The position numbers were made by a program, and so were the translations under genes. This document shows positions 33,930 to 44,231 of a DNA stretch of 62,813 bases, piece after piece. Position 1 is the first letter of the stretch; each line of letters opens with the position of its first letter. Origin of the DNA: Candidatus Saccharimonadota bacterium (lineage in GTDB: Bacteria; Patescibacteriota; Saccharimonadia; Saccharimonadales; Saccharimonadaceae); assembly GCA_009787015.1 (NCBI GenBank), contig WRGU01000051.1:1-62813 (forward strand), in the 5' to 3' direction. Under the pieces are notes generated by a model, which was not told where the DNA came from, searched no databases, and saw only the letters and a list, made by a program, of their open reading frames with translations.

Positions 33930-35213
33930 CTATGACGATTTCATGAGTTTTACCCATTGATCAGGGTTTTGCGGCGGTTTAATTTTAATTTCTGCGGGTT
34001 CTTTCTTCCTTAATACTAATAATTCGCGTCCCACAATCTGGTTTTCACGATGATAAATCAGGGGTTTTTTATCGCTCGAATAAAAAATTTGCTCGAAACC
34101 GATTTGCGTCAAATTATCGATTAGTTTGAGATGAAGCGTCCTCTTTCCGACGAACCAACAGGGAACAGCGAGACAAATTCCGGTTTTCGGTGTGATTTGC
34201 TGTTCCAGATTTTTCAAAAACTTCGTCAAAATCAGTTCGCAATTCGCAATATTTTCGCGCAGATTTTCCTCACTCGGTGCGGTCGCGTACGGGCGACCGA
34301 GATAAGTTTCGGTGACGACTAAATCAGCGCATTTTTGCAACTTTTTCGCGTCAGATTCGGGTTCAATCAAACTTCTTCTGAACTCGAGCCAATTTTCGTT
34401 CGTAGCGTCGGCGACATACAATGGGGCGGTGTTGCCGTCATTCAAACCGAACTTTTTGATGAGCCAGTCGAGATTTGCGTCGGTGTATTCAATCATGCGC
34501 GGCTCGATATCTGTACCAAACGGGCATGGAATACCCATTACTAACGCTTCCTGTAAAATTACGCCGGTGCCGCAGAATGGATCGAGGAGATACGTTTCTG
34601 ATTCCGAAGGTGAAAAGTCTGAAAAATTAGACCCATAAAAACCTGACAAATTTATCATAATCTGTGCCAATTTCGGTGGCAGCATGCCAACGCGCGCATC
34701 GCGTTTCGGACGACCGCGATCGCGCAGGGTATAAGCGTTCAGATCCTGCACTCCGACGAGTTCGGCGATAATTAAACGATGCCCAATATAAACCATCAAC
34801 AATTCGATTTTGTTCGGCGACGTGCCGAGTTTATTGCCGAGTGTCGCCGCATCGGAAATCTCCGCCGTCATGTTCGGCAGAATCCGCACTGACCGTCCCA
34901 AATTCTTTTTAATAAACGCGCCGGTTTTTTGAGCATTGCTTGCGCTGGCGGTTTTGCCGTAATGACTTACACCCAACGTAATTTTTCCGCCGGGTAGGTC
35001 CGAAAATCGATCAATTAAAAATTTTCCTGGATTGCCGTCATTGTCATAAATTACGCGTCCGACCTTGCGCACCCCACCGAGTCGATCAATATTCGGTTTG
35101 TCATCCGCATAAACGAGCGCCACATTCGGCAAAACCAGCACCGCATTCCCGAAAACCGCGCGCAATTCCGCGATCCCGATCTCCGGTTGTCGACCCAAAA
35201 TAAATAACCACAT
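33930..35213 (-). CDS. Putative RNA (Trm11/UPF0020-like) SAM methyltransferase
   Basis: RDRGRPKRDARVGMLPPKLAQIMINL, motif I LLDPFCGTGVILQEA. Confidence 0.5.
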   Translation of the reverse strand: MWLFILGRQPEIGIAELRAVFGNAVLVLPNVALVYADDKPNIDRLGGVRKVGRVIYDNDGNPGKFLIDRFSDLPGGKITLGVSHYGKTASASNAQKTGAFIKKNLGRSVRILPNMTAEISDAATLGNKLGTSPNKIELLMVYIGHRLIIAELVGVQDLNAYTLRDRGRPKRDARVGMLPPKLAQIMINLSGFYGSNFSDFSPSESETYLLDPFCGTGVILQEALVMGIPCPFGTDIEPRMIEYTDANLDWLIKKFGLNDGNTAPLYVADATNENWLEFRRSLIEPESDAKKLQKCADLVVTETYLGRPYATAPSEENLRENIANCELILTKFLKNLEQQITPKTGICLAVPCWFVGKRTLHLKLIDNLTQIGFEQIFYSSDKKPLIYHRENQIVGRELLVLRKKEPAEIKIKPPQNPDQWVKLMKSS

Positions 35214-35290
35214 GCGGACATTATAGCATACTCAGGGATCATATTTAACAATAAGTTTGATAAAGTACGAAACTATGTTATAATACCATA

Positions 35291-35859
35291 ATGCTCGAGG
35301 TTTATTCCAAATATTTGCAACAATTTAATTATGATGATGCCACAATAAACAAGTCATACATTAAGATTCCGTATGGTGTCGACGGCAGAAAAATTATGAC
35401 ATACGAAAACCAAGGAAAAAATATTCGCACAGCCAGACATCTTTTCAGTGTTCCTTTTTCCGGAGTGGGCGGTTATGAATCAGTTATGTACAGCGCCGAA
35501 GAGATGAGAGGTCATCATCAATTAAAGCGTGATTTATTATCTTCTGGCGATTCTCGATGTTGGTTCGGGTTGCGGCGTGGCTCTCACTGAAATGATGAAT
35601 ATGGCGCGAGAAGTGGGGAATGATAAATCATCATTTATTGGTGTCGATTGGAGCGTTACTTCAGATCACTAGAGCCGCAAAAATCGACGCGGAATTGCGC
35701 AGTGAGGCAAATTTTATAGGGTCAAGAACCAATCCTGACGTAGCCGACGAATGGCTCCGAAAACTTGGCTGGGACGTCCAACGTTTCGAAGCCAACGCCG
35801 GTCCTGCCCGCCGTTGCCGCAAAATGGGTGAAACGGGCATTAAATTGTCGGATTTGTAG
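35291..35859 (+). pseudogene. Decayed third copy of the 1448/2294 methyltransferase family
   Basis: IKIPYG.., then after a frameshift ILDVGSGCGVAL..SSFIGVD, stop, then GWDVQRFE in 35620..35859. The middle about 70 aa are missing. The promoter is still intact (TGT-TATAAT 35279..35284 + 6 nt). Confidence 0.6.
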
Positions 35860-35868
35860 TTATTTTTC

Positions 35869-37674
35869 TTACTGTCCGATAATCACCACGAAGTCGGCGT
35901 CGTCGTCGATGTTGTTTGGGAGTTCGCTGCGTTTGATGACTTTGGTGGGAGTGTTGGAGAGAGCGCGGGAGATGGTTCGGGCGGTTTCGGGTTTAGTGCC
36001 GCCGGTCAAGTCATAGATTGCGTATTTTGCATTGATCGGGTCGGTGTTGCCGATGGCGCTGGCATTTAGGTCTTGGTCGGATAGTAATTTGGCGATGCGT
36101 CCAGCTTCGCCAACGGTTTCGGTGGCGTTGTATACGGAAATGGCGGCTTTTTCCTTGTGCAGCGGGCTGCTGTTCAAACTTTCCTGTAAAAATTTGTGGA
36201 TTTCCGAATAGTTGAACGTGCCGGCGGCGGGGACGATGACGCTTTGTTCGTTGACCATGTCGGATATAAATAATCCTTCGCCGAATAAATCAAACGATTG
36301 AATTTCGTTAACGTTGATTTTCGGGGCGAGTTCGATGAGAGTTTTGATTTTGGAAATATCCTTGACATCGAACGTGGTGCGCAGGTTGTTGCCGAGCGAA
36401 TCGACCAAGGGCAGGAACTGCGAAATATTGGTCAAAACGCCGGATTTTTTGGCTTGGTTTAGAATCCCGCGCAGGACTGCTTGTTGATTTAGCTCACGGT
36501 CAAAGTTGCTGCGCGACAGACCGTAGCTCAATGCGCCTTCGTGACCGCGAGCTAGCGACAGCGATAGCGCCATATCGGCGTCGATTTCGTGATCGCCGTT
36601 GGTTAGTTGCAGAAAGTGTCCGGACGGACATTTGGCGCGTCGCTCATCCGCGGTTTTGCCGCAGAAATTATCGAAACTCGAATCCAAAATCCCGCGTTCG
36701 TCGGTTGAATCGATTGTCACGGTGATTTTTCCACCGACAGCGTTAACCGCGTCGCGCAAAACCGTGTAATTGACGTTGGCGGCGTATTGGATTTCGATGC
36801 CCAAAATGTCGCTGAATAATTCGATCGATTCTTTCAGGGCTTCGCGATCTTCGGCGGGGTTGCCGCTCACGCCGCCCGCGCAACTGTAAAACACGTTGAT
36901 TCTGCCTTGGTAACCGGATGGACAGGCGCGACCATATTTCACCCACAAATCGCGCGGGATAGAGAACATGAATGCGTCGTGTTTTTTCTGATTTAGGGAA
37001 ACGATCATAATCGAGTCGGTCAAATTGCCGCCCTCGTGACCGGCATCGTCGTCCGCTGTGCCGAAAATTAGGATATTAGTGCGACCGTTTTTGTCGGCGT
37101 CGAGCGGTGTGCTGGGCGAAGTTACGCCGCCAATCACGTCCCAGATATTTGATGCATCGCATTTGATAATTTTGCAAACATTGTGAATTATCGAAGAACT
37201 AAACCACACGCCCGTACCCACGAGCGCCAAAACGATAAAGAGGATACAGATTCGCACTACGCGGCGGCGCTTGCGATGTTTCTGTTTCTTTTCGCGCTTT
37301 AGACGCTTGCGCTCGGAGCGTCGCGATATTTTTTCGTCCAAAACTGATTCAGAATCCGAATCAGCCATTTCGGGCGGATATTCAAATTGATCAATATTAA
37401 GTTCGTTCAGAGTTCCCGCTAAATCGCGATCGAGATCATTTGAAGTATCGGGATTCGGGGTCGGATCCGATTTCGGGCGTGCTGGCTTTTCGATGGAAAT
37501 ATCGACGAGCGGTTTACGCGCGGGTTTTGCGACGGGCGCGGTAGTGCTGCGTCGCATATTTTTGGTTAACATCATATCGTCCAAATGCACTGATTTTGGA
37601 TTGTTATTCGTACTAGTAACACCGCTAGGACTGCGGCGCAAGATTATACCGTCAACTGTTTTTTCTCGCTTCAT
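35869..37674 (-). CDS. LytR-CpsA-Psr (LCP) family cell-wall glycopolymer transferase
   Basis: TNILIFGTADD.., DSIMIVSL, SIPRDLWV; basic N-terminal tail + TM; LytR_C-like C-terminus. Confidence 0.8.
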   Translation of the reverse strand: MKREKTVDGIILRRSPSGVTSTNNNPKSVHLDDMMLTKNMRRSTTAPVAKPARKPLVDISIEKPARPKSDPTPNPDTSNDLDRDLAGTLNELNIDQFEYPPEMADSDSESVLDEKISRRSERKRLKREKKQKHRKRRRVVRICILFIVLALVGTGVWFSSSIIHNVCKIIKCDASNIWDVIGGVTSPSTPLDADKNGRTNILIFGTADDDAGHEGGNLTDSIMIVSLNQKKHDAFMFSIPRDLWVKYGRACPSGYQGRINVFYSCAGGVSGNPAEDREALKESIELFSDILGIEIQYAANVNYTVLRDAVNAVGGKITVTIDSTDERGILDSSFDNFCGKTADERRAKCPSGHFLQLTNGDHEIDADMALSLSLARGHEGALSYGLSRSNFDRELNQQAVLRGILNQAKKSGVLTNISQFLPLVDSLGNNLRTTFDVKDISKIKTLIELAPKINVNEIQSFDLFGEGLFISDMVNEQSVIVPAAGTFNYSEIHKFLQESLNSSPLHKEKAAISVYNATETVGEAGRIAKLLSDQDLNASAIGNTDPINAKYAIYDLTGGTKPETARTISRALSNTPTKVIKRSELPNNIDDDADFVVIIGQ

Positions 37675-37719
37675 ACGTCATCTATTTTAACATAAATGAG
37701 ATTATCCACCAAACCGCGT

Positions 37720-38505
37720 TTACAGATTATTGAAAAAAATCGTGATAATTAAAGTCGCCAAACTAGAAAATAACACTGGTGCTTTGACATCTTTCCACAT
37801 GATGTAGGCGTGTTTTTCGTAACTTTCATACATGGCGACCGTCGCAAAAGCAATTAACGAAATGATGATCGCAAATGACGGAATATGAAAACCTGGCACA
37901 ACGTTATACGCGATCGTCCAATGCCAGGCGACGAATGCTAACTGCGCCACGATTAGGCCCCAAATACTCGACAGGAAAGCTCTGTGGCGCTCTTCGAACA
38001 GACCGAGAGTGTGCCGCGCGGTTGCAAAACCGATGATGAATGTCAAAATTACAACAACATAGATTGGAATCATAAACGCGATCGAAAACAGCGCCGACAA
38101 CGCCACAAATTGCGACAGACCGGCCTGTAGCAACACGTAATGTTTGCGGTGTTGCGGTTTTAGAAAAACCAACCACCAAGCGTAAATAACCGCCATCGTG
38201 ATCTGGGTCGGCAGGGGATTTGCGGTTAAAATCGCGGCACGCCACATCAACACCACCATACCTAAACCAAGCAAAATATCCGGCAAATTCGATAGCAAAC
38301 TCACCCACCAATGTCGCGGTCGAATCGCAATCGTACGCCATTTCGACAGCAAAATCAGCCCCAGCGCCAACCAGGGCGGCGTGGTGTCGCTCGGGAACAG
38401 AATAACCGCACCGACAACGGCCGCTGCGAACACAATATTAAACACAGCGTGCAAAATCTCTAAGCCCCAATTACGACGTCTCTTTGGTTGTTTGATTAGA
38501 TCCAT
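37720..38505 (-). CDS. Polytopic membrane protein (unknown function)
   Basis: About 8 hydrophobic segments; no recognised motif. Confidence 0.5.
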   Translation of the reverse strand: MDLIKQPKRRRNWGLEILHAVFNIVFAAAVVGAVILFPSDTTPPWLALGLILLSKWRTIAIRPRHWWVSLLSNLPDILLGLGMVVLMWRAAILTANPLPTQITMAVIYAWWLVFLKPQHRKHYVLLQAGLSQFVALSALFSIAFMIPIYVVVILTFIIGFATARHTLGLFEERHRAFLSSIWGLIVAQLAFVAWHWTIAYNVVPGFHIPSFAIIISLIAFATVAMYESYEKHAYIMWKDVKAPVLFSSLATLIITIFFNNL

Positions 38506-38509
38506 ATTA

Positions 38510-39349
38510 CTATTTTACCATATTTTGTAGGCGAAGCGTTAAAATGAAGAATTTTTCATCGTAAACCTCGAAGCCGTACTCTTTGGCAAAAATTTTTACA
38601 GGTTCGATTTGGCGCGGATTCATTTCTAAAACCAAAAAACCGCCGGTGCGTAGATAATTGGGCGCTTGCCGGATCAGTTTTTTGATCAGTTTCAGACCTT
38701 CGTCGTCGGCGAACAGTGCGATTTCGGGTTCAAATGCGGTTTCGGGCGATACTTGCCAATTTCTATCAACATAGGGTAGATTCGCGGCGATAACGTCGAA
38801 ATCAGCGGTGATTTCAGGATTTTCGAATAAATCGGATTGCAAAAATTTCACATTCGCGCCGAATCGCTCGCGGTTTTTTTCCGCAACCGCCAGGGCGGAT
38901 TCCGAAATGTCTGTACCGACCACTTTAACATTCGGCATTTCCAGCGCCAGTGTAACCGCAATCGCACCCGAACCTGTGCCGATGTCGAGAATGCTGCATC
39001 TCTTCGAAAAAATCTGTTCCAAGAAGATTTCCTTAATTATCTCAACAATTTGTTCAGTTTCTGGTCGCGGGATTAGGACGTCGGGGGTGACGGTGAATTC
39101 GCGTCCGTAAAATTCCTTTTTTTTCAGTATGTAACTAATTGGCTCTCTGTTAATTCGGTGAGTTAGTAACAAATTTAACGGTTCAATTTGTTTGTCCGAC
39201 AACGGGGAATCGCCGTGTGCCGCGATCCATTCGCGTGATTTTTCTAATGCAAATGATAAGATCAGTTCCGCGTCCAAACGCGCCGAATCGATGCCGACGC
39301 CACGCAAACTATCGCCCGCGTTTTTTAACCATTCGGAAACTACAATCAT
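38510..39349 (-). CDS. prmC: Release-factor glutamine N5-methyltransferase
   Basis: [16 protein letters not shown] (NPPY-type); ATGA overlap with prfA. Confidence 0.85.
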   Translation of the reverse strand: MIVVSEWLKNAGDSLRGVGIDSARLDAELILSFALEKSREWIAAHGDSPLSDKQIEPLNLLLTHRINREPISYILKKKEFYGREFTVTPDVLIPRPETEQIVEIIKEIFLEQIFSKRCSILDIGTGSGAIAVTLALEMPNVKVVGTDISESALAVAEKNRERFGANVKFLQSDLFENPEITADFDVIAANLPYVDRNWQVSPETAFEPEIALFADDEGLKLIKKLIRQAPNYLRTGGFLVLEMNPRQIEPVKIFAKEYGFEVYDEKFFILTLRLQNMVK

Positions 39350-40401
39350 GCGTTGGTTTTTAATTCGCTTTCGCGTTTTTGCAAATTCTCAATTAAATCG
39401 TCGATTTCGCCGTTCATCGCCGCCGGAATGTTGGAACGGGAATAACTGATGCGGTGGTCGGTGATGCGATCCTGTGGAAAATTGTAAGTGCGGATTTTTT
39501 CGCTGCGATCGCCCGAACCGATCAAGGATTGCCGCGTGGCGGACGCTGCCGCCTGTTCTTCCTCGATTTTCTTTTCGAGCAAGCGCGAACGCAGCACGTT
39601 CATCGCCTTTTCGCGGTTTTGGAGTTGCGAACGTTCGTCCTGCATGGCGACCACAATGCCGGTCGGAATGTGTGTGATGCGCACCGCGGAATCGGTCGTA
39701 TTTACAGATTGTCCGCCGTGCCCGCCCGAACGATAAATATCGATGCGCAGGTCTTCTGGTTTGATTTCGATGTCTTTTTCCTCCGCCTCCGGCAAAACCG
39801 CGACGGTGACGGTCGAGGTGTGAATTCGCCCCTGCGATTCGGTGACGGGAACGCGTTGGACGCGGTGGACGCCCGATTCGAATTTTAATTGACGATAGGG
39901 TTCGCTGCCTTTGACTGAAAAAATAACTTCCTTTAATCCGCCGGCATCATTGATATTTTCGTTCAGAATTTCCGTTTTCAAACGATGGTTTTCGGCGTAA
40001 CGCAAATACATACGCAGGAGTTCCGCCGCAAATAGGGAAGCCTCATCGCCGCCCGCACCGGCGCGAATTTCCATGATGATGTTTTTATCATCATTCGGAT
40101 CGCGCGGAATCAACATTTCGAGAATTTCCGCTTCAATCTGCGCGATCTTTGTTTCTAAATCGGGGATTTCAAGTGCTGCCAGTTCCGCCAACTCGTCATC
40201 GCCATTTGCCAATTCTCGCGCCTCCGACAACTGTCTTTGCGCAGTTTCGATGTCCGCGGATTTCTGTAATAATGTTTCAATTTCGCTCAAACGGCGCGTT
40301 TTGGTCGCAAATTCTGGGTCAGAATAAGCATCGGGTCGCGCCAAAAAATCCGCCAATTCCGCACGTTCGGTTCGCAAGTTTTCTAAATTCAAATTGTTCA
40401 T
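39346..40401 (-). CDS. prfA: Peptide chain release factor 1
   Basis: PVT tripeptide ([14 protein letters not shown]) and GGQ. Start at MNNLNLEN; -10 TACAAT (40414..40409) lies 7 nt upstream. Confidence 0.9.
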   Translation of the reverse strand: MNNLNLENLRTERAELADFLARPDAYSDPEFATKTRRLSEIETLLQKSADIETAQRQLSEARELANGDDELAELAALEIPDLETKIAQIEAEILEMLIPRDPNDDKNIIMEIRAGAGGDEASLFAAELLRMYLRYAENHRLKTEILNENINDAGGLKEVIFSVKGSEPYRQLKFESGVHRVQRVPVTESQGRIHTSTVTVAVLPEAEEKDIEIKPEDLRIDIYRSGGHGGQSVNTTDSAVRITHIPTGIVVAMQDERSQLQNREKAMNVLRSRLLEKKIEEEQAAASATRQSLIGSGDRSEKIRTYNFPQDRITDHRISYSRSNIPAAMNGEIDDLIENLQKRESELKTNA

Positions 40402-40428
40402 GCAATATATTGTAACATAAAAGGTCAT

Positions 40429-40503
40429 GTCATTGCGAGCGGAGCGAAGCAATCCACCGCAAGTTCAGACGAGATTGCTTTGGACTAAAGTCCTCGCAAT
40501 GAC
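40429..40503. repeat. Family B inverted pair
   Basis: GTCATTGCGAGCGGAGCGAAGCAATCC ... GAGATTGCTTTGGACTAAAGTCCTCGCAATGAC. Confidence 0.8.
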
Positions 40504-40549
40504 AATAAACTATTGCAAAAATGACAAAAGTATGCTACAATGGTAAAAT

Positions 40550-42172
40550 ATGGCTAACTATAACCATGCGACAGAGACAACAGAGGCGAGCGAATCGGAT
40601 CACAAACCGACAATCGCGATGTATTTCGGCGACGGTTTGTCGTGCGAAGAGGGCGACAGGGCGCTGATCCTGCTAAAAGAAATGCTGATCGACAAGGGTG
40701 TGAATGTGGCACGAGACAGTGATGCGCCGGTGGAAAATATTCTGTTCGCCGGTTGTGCGCGAACGGGGACGATTGTCGAAAACCGCCTCCATTGGTTGGG
40801 CGAAGCAGTGCAGAACAATCAGAAACTCGGCGGAAAACTCCTGAACGTGATTATTACGGAGTGCCTCGCGGGTTTGGATGAACGCTTTGCGGGGGGGGGT
40901 GTATCGATTCCGGATTACGTGCGCCGGGTGGCGAATCTGCCTCCAGAGGTTAAACTTCACCTCGTGGATGTCGGTCGTTTGGGCGAGGATATTTTACCGA
41001 TCATCATGCCGGACGCGGAGGTAAAAGAAGAAGACCACATTTCAAGATTTGGCATAGAACTCACGAAAGATATTATGAGAAAAGCGCGGAAAAATCCAGA
41101 AAAAAATCCATTTCAAGAATTTATGCCAGTCATCATACAGAGCGGGTGCGAAAATCAATGCGATTATTGTGTGAGAAATTACGCGCATCGTCCGTCCGAG
41201 AGTTCGCCGGATTATGATAAGTTGGTTAATCATATTAGGGATAATAAAGAACGCACGGGTTCTTTGGTTTTGCAATTGCAGGGTGAAAATATCGGTTTGT
41301 TCGGTGTCGATACCGATGGTCGGCAACGCTTGCCTGATCTGATCCGCGATACGGATCAAATGGGATTTGTGCGCGGAGATTTATACAACATCGCGCCGCA
41401 ACAATTCACGCCGGAAGTTGTCGATGCGATTCGCGAAACGAATATTTATGACGGGGCGCGCATTAATCTCGACATTCCGAGCGAACGCATGGAACAATAT
41501 ATTCACGGTCGCGCGGGTCAGCGCCAGAAAATCGCCGAGGGTTTAGCGCGAATCCGCGAAATTCACCCCAATTTCGCATGCCGCAGTACCTGCATGATCG
41601 GTTTGCCGGGCGAAACGATGGAAGACCTCGATGAAATGTTGCAATTTTGCGCGGATAACGACATTATTATGGATCGATTCTGTCCTTACCAAGGTCACGA
41701 ATCTTTGCCGACCGCCAAATTGCCGGATCAAATTCCTGATGATAAAAAAGTGCACCGCGTTCAATATGCCACCGAAAAATCCATGGCGATGATAAAGGAA
41801 AAATTCGAGCGCGACCTGAAATTCAAAGACGTCGAATACACGGTCAGTGCGGTGGTTTATGACGAAAAAATTGGGTTTACCTGTTACACGTTGGTGTCGC
41901 CATGGGGCAGTGTGTGGACGAATTTTTACGACGAAACTGCGCGCAAATTGAATGTCGGCGACAAAATCATGTGCAGTCCATGGCTGATCAGCGTACGTCA
42001 AGAGGGAACGGCGGGATATGCCGCCGGAACAGCAAGCATCATCAAAGCGTCTATCTTAGCATTCCCCAACGAATGCCACGACACCGAGGAAAAATCACAA
42101 GCATATGTTGACCGATTCGAAAAAGCGTACGGGCGCAATCAGCCAGAAGAACCGAACGAATCAGGGGCGTAA
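40550..42172 (+). CDS. Radical-SAM protein, methylthiotransferase-like (MiaB/RimO-type layout) with atypical N-terminal domain
   Basis: CENQCDYC (CX3CX2C). The N-terminal flavodoxin-like region has only partly conserved Cys positions. Beta-rich C-terminal region. Confidence 0.5.
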   Translation: MANYNHATETTEASESDHKPTIAMYFGDGLSCEEGDRALILLKEMLIDKGVNVARDSDAPVENILFAGCARTGTIVENRLHWLGEAVQNNQKLGGKLLNVIITECLAGLDERFAGGGVSIPDYVRRVANLPPEVKLHLVDVGRLGEDILPIIMPDAEVKEEDHISRFGIELTKDIMRKARKNPEKNPFQEFMPVIIQSGCENQCDYCVRNYAHRPSESSPDYDKLVNHIRDNKERTGSLVLQLQGENIGLFGVDTDGRQRLPDLIRDTDQMGFVRGDLYNIAPQQFTPEVVDAIRETNIYDGARINLDIPSERMEQYIHGRAGQRQKIAEGLARIREIHPNFACRSTCMIGLPGETMEDLDEMLQFCADNDIIMDRFCPYQGHESLPTAKLPDQIPDDKKVHRVQYATEKSMAMIKEKFERDLKFKDVEYTVSAVVYDEKIGFTCYTLVSPWGSVWTNFYDETARKLNVGDKIMCSPWLISVRQEGTAGYAAGTASIIKASILAFPNECHDTEEKSQAYVDRFEKAYGRNQPEEPNESGA

Positions 42173-42819
42173 GCTGCCTGATTTTTCTCTAAATACTCCT
42201 CCAAAACCCAATCATTTTCATAAATAATTTTCGCTGCATCTTTGCCAACGTACCGATAATGCCATGCTTCGTAATCTATGCCGGTGATACTTTCTTTTCC
42301 CGCCGGATAACGCAAAATAAAACCATATTTATAAGAATTATTTTTCAGCCAATTCCACATCTGCGTTTGGTCGTAGCTAGATAATTGATTAAATGAAAAA
42401 TCTATTGCCAAACCGGTTTCGTGTTCGGAATAACCCGGTTTTTGTGCGAGTCTTGATCCAAGTGTATCATAAAGCCATTGCTGTTGTTCCTGATTTCTAT
42501 ATGCGTCGTTAAAAACTAAATAAATTCCTTCTTCCATGGCGGCTTGACGCATTTCTTCTACGTCGTCGGACATTATTACATTATAAATGACGCCTTCTGT
42601 CGTCAAGGTTGGCGTAAAATCATCGGGGATTTTATGTGTTGCATTTACTAACATTAAAATCTCTGTGGCTGGTTTTTCGGGGGTTTCGTTTTGGGTTGGT
42701 GAATTTAAAATTTCACGATCGAGTTCGTCGCTGGTTATCATGTCGCCGCCAAAAAATACACAGCATAAGATAACGGCGGGTACAGCAACAACACCGAGAA
42801 TATAATATTTTTTACTCAT
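42139..42819 (-). CDS. D-alanyl-D-alanine carboxypeptidase (VanY/M15B)
   Basis: SEHETGLAIDF, EAWHYRYVG; signal anchor. 3' end overlaps the convergent radical-SAM gene by 34 nt. Confidence 0.8.
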   Translation of the reverse strand: MSKKYYILGVVAVPAVILCCVFFGGDMITSDELDREILNSPTQNETPEKPATEILMLVNATHKIPDDFTPTLTTEGVIYNVIMSDDVEEMRQAAMEEGIYLVFNDAYRNQEQQQWLYDTLGSRLAQKPGYSEHETGLAIDFSFNQLSSYDQTQMWNWLKNNSYKYGFILRYPAGKESITGIDYEAWHYRYVGKDAAKIIYENDWVLEEYLEKNQAAYAPDSFGSSG

Positions 42820-42869
42820 TATTTTTCACTTTCGGCTTTGATAAGTTCTTCATGAATTTTACCAGACTG

Positions 42870-42954
42870 TGGTGGGCGAGGAGGGAATCGAACCCTCAAT
42901 CCCGGAGGAACACGATTTTGAGTCGTGCGCGTATACCAGTTCCGCCACTCGCCC
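42870..42954 (-). tRNA. tRNA-Leu (anticodon CAA)
   Basis: Cloverleaf read by eye: GGGCGAG acceptor, anticodon loop CTCAAAA, long variable arm, GGTTCGATTCC T-arm, encoded CCA. Confidence 0.85.
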
Positions 42955-43046
42955 GAGTGGTTGACAACGAATGTCGCTAGCAATTTTAGCATAAAATTTC
43001 ATTGCGTGCAAAATATCTATCCTATGCTAAAATATTTAACGTAAGT

Positions 43047-44231
43047 ATGAATGATGATCAGACACGACCAAATAGAACACGCGATGCGGCGGCGGGGATC
43101 GTACGCGAGCGCATCGATCGGATTTTTGATACTCATCGTCCAATGATCGAACAAACCGCCCGCGTGCCAGAGGAAAGAAGCATTGTGCGAGGGACGGAAC
43201 GACCGTCGTCCAGATCTAGCGATGCGGAAACTCGAGCGGTGCGCGAACGTTATCATGCGTCATGGCAAAACTATTATCAGAAATATTATGAAGATTATTA
43301 TGTGAATGCCGTGAAACAGCAAAATCACGATTTTAATCAGAAATTATCCGAAATTGCGGCGGCGAATAATGTCCAACCAGCGGTTGCCGTGCAAAATGTC
43401 GGCGGGGCGGCGTTTCCGTTGGCGCAGCCCAGTGAAAAAAAATCGCAAACGAGCGAGGCGGTCAAAGGTTTACAAAACGAATTGGTCGGCAAAATCAAAA
43501 CCGCCGGCGCCAAAGCCCGAAAATCGCGTCATTTTATTCCGGCGATTTGTGCGATTGCGGTGATTTTATTGATATTATTCATTCAATACAATCAATTATT
43601 ATTCGCGCAAATTAATTCCTTTATCAGCCCGGGCGCAATGACCGACCAAACCATTATCGTTGGTACGGGAGCGGGCGATCCGGTCGGTCCTGATCCGCGC
43701 GTGGTAATCCCCAAAATCAACGTCAGTGCGCCGGTCATTTATGGATTAATGGATTTGAGCGAAGCGAATGCCCAGGAAGCGCTGAAAAGCGGCACGATCC
43801 ATTATTCAATTCTCGGTGCGAGTGCGACGCCCGGACAAAAGGGCAACACGGTGATTTTGGGTCACAGCAGTTCGGATTGGTTCTCAAATGGACAATATAA
43901 ATTCATTTTTGTACAACTCAACAAATTGGTGGTTGGCGATCTGTTTTATTTGGATTACAACAGCGTACGTTATACTTATAAAGTTTTCAAAACTGAAATT
44001 ATCAATCCAAATCAGCTCGATAAACTGAACCTTGGGACGAAAAAACCGTACGCTACGTTGGTGACATGCGATCCGCCGGGGACGGCATTGCACCGCTTGG
44101 TGGTTTACGCCGAACAAATTTCACCCGATCCCGCGAGCGTCACCACGAGCCAGGGCGTCGACGGCGTTGTCACTGGCGGCGATATTACTGGCACTCCGCC
44201 GACGTTGTTCGAACGCGCGTTGGGACGATAA
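43047..44231 (+). CDS. Sortase with extended N-terminal cytoplasmic region
   Basis: VILGHSS (His), ATLVTCDPPG (TLxTC), RLVVYA; TM AICAIAVILLILFI. Start at MNDDQ. Confidence 0.8.
   Translation: MNDDQTRPNRTRDAAAGIVRERIDRIFDTHRPMIEQTARVPEERSIVRGTERPSSRSSDAETRAVRERYHASWQNYYQKYYEDYYVNAVKQQNHDFNQKLSEIAAANNVQPAVAVQNVGGAAFPLAQPSEKKSQTSEAVKGLQNELVGKIKTAGAKARKSRHFIPAICAIAVILLILFIQYNQLLFAQINSFISPGAMTDQTIIVGTGAGDPVGPDPRVVIPKINVSAPVIYGLMDLSEANAQEALKSGTIHYSILGASATPGQKGNTVILGHSSSDWFSNGQYKFIFVQLNKLVVGDLFYLDYNSVRYTYKVFKTEIINPNQLDKLNLGTKKPYATLVTCDPPGTALHRLVVYAEQISPDPASVTTSQGVDGVVTGGDITGTPPTLFERALGR

Noticed and set aside
35620-35859. Independent 79-aa gene
   Set aside because: It is the C-terminal remnant (GWDVQRFE..) of the decayed methyltransferase paralog starting at 35291. 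It has no start signals of its own.
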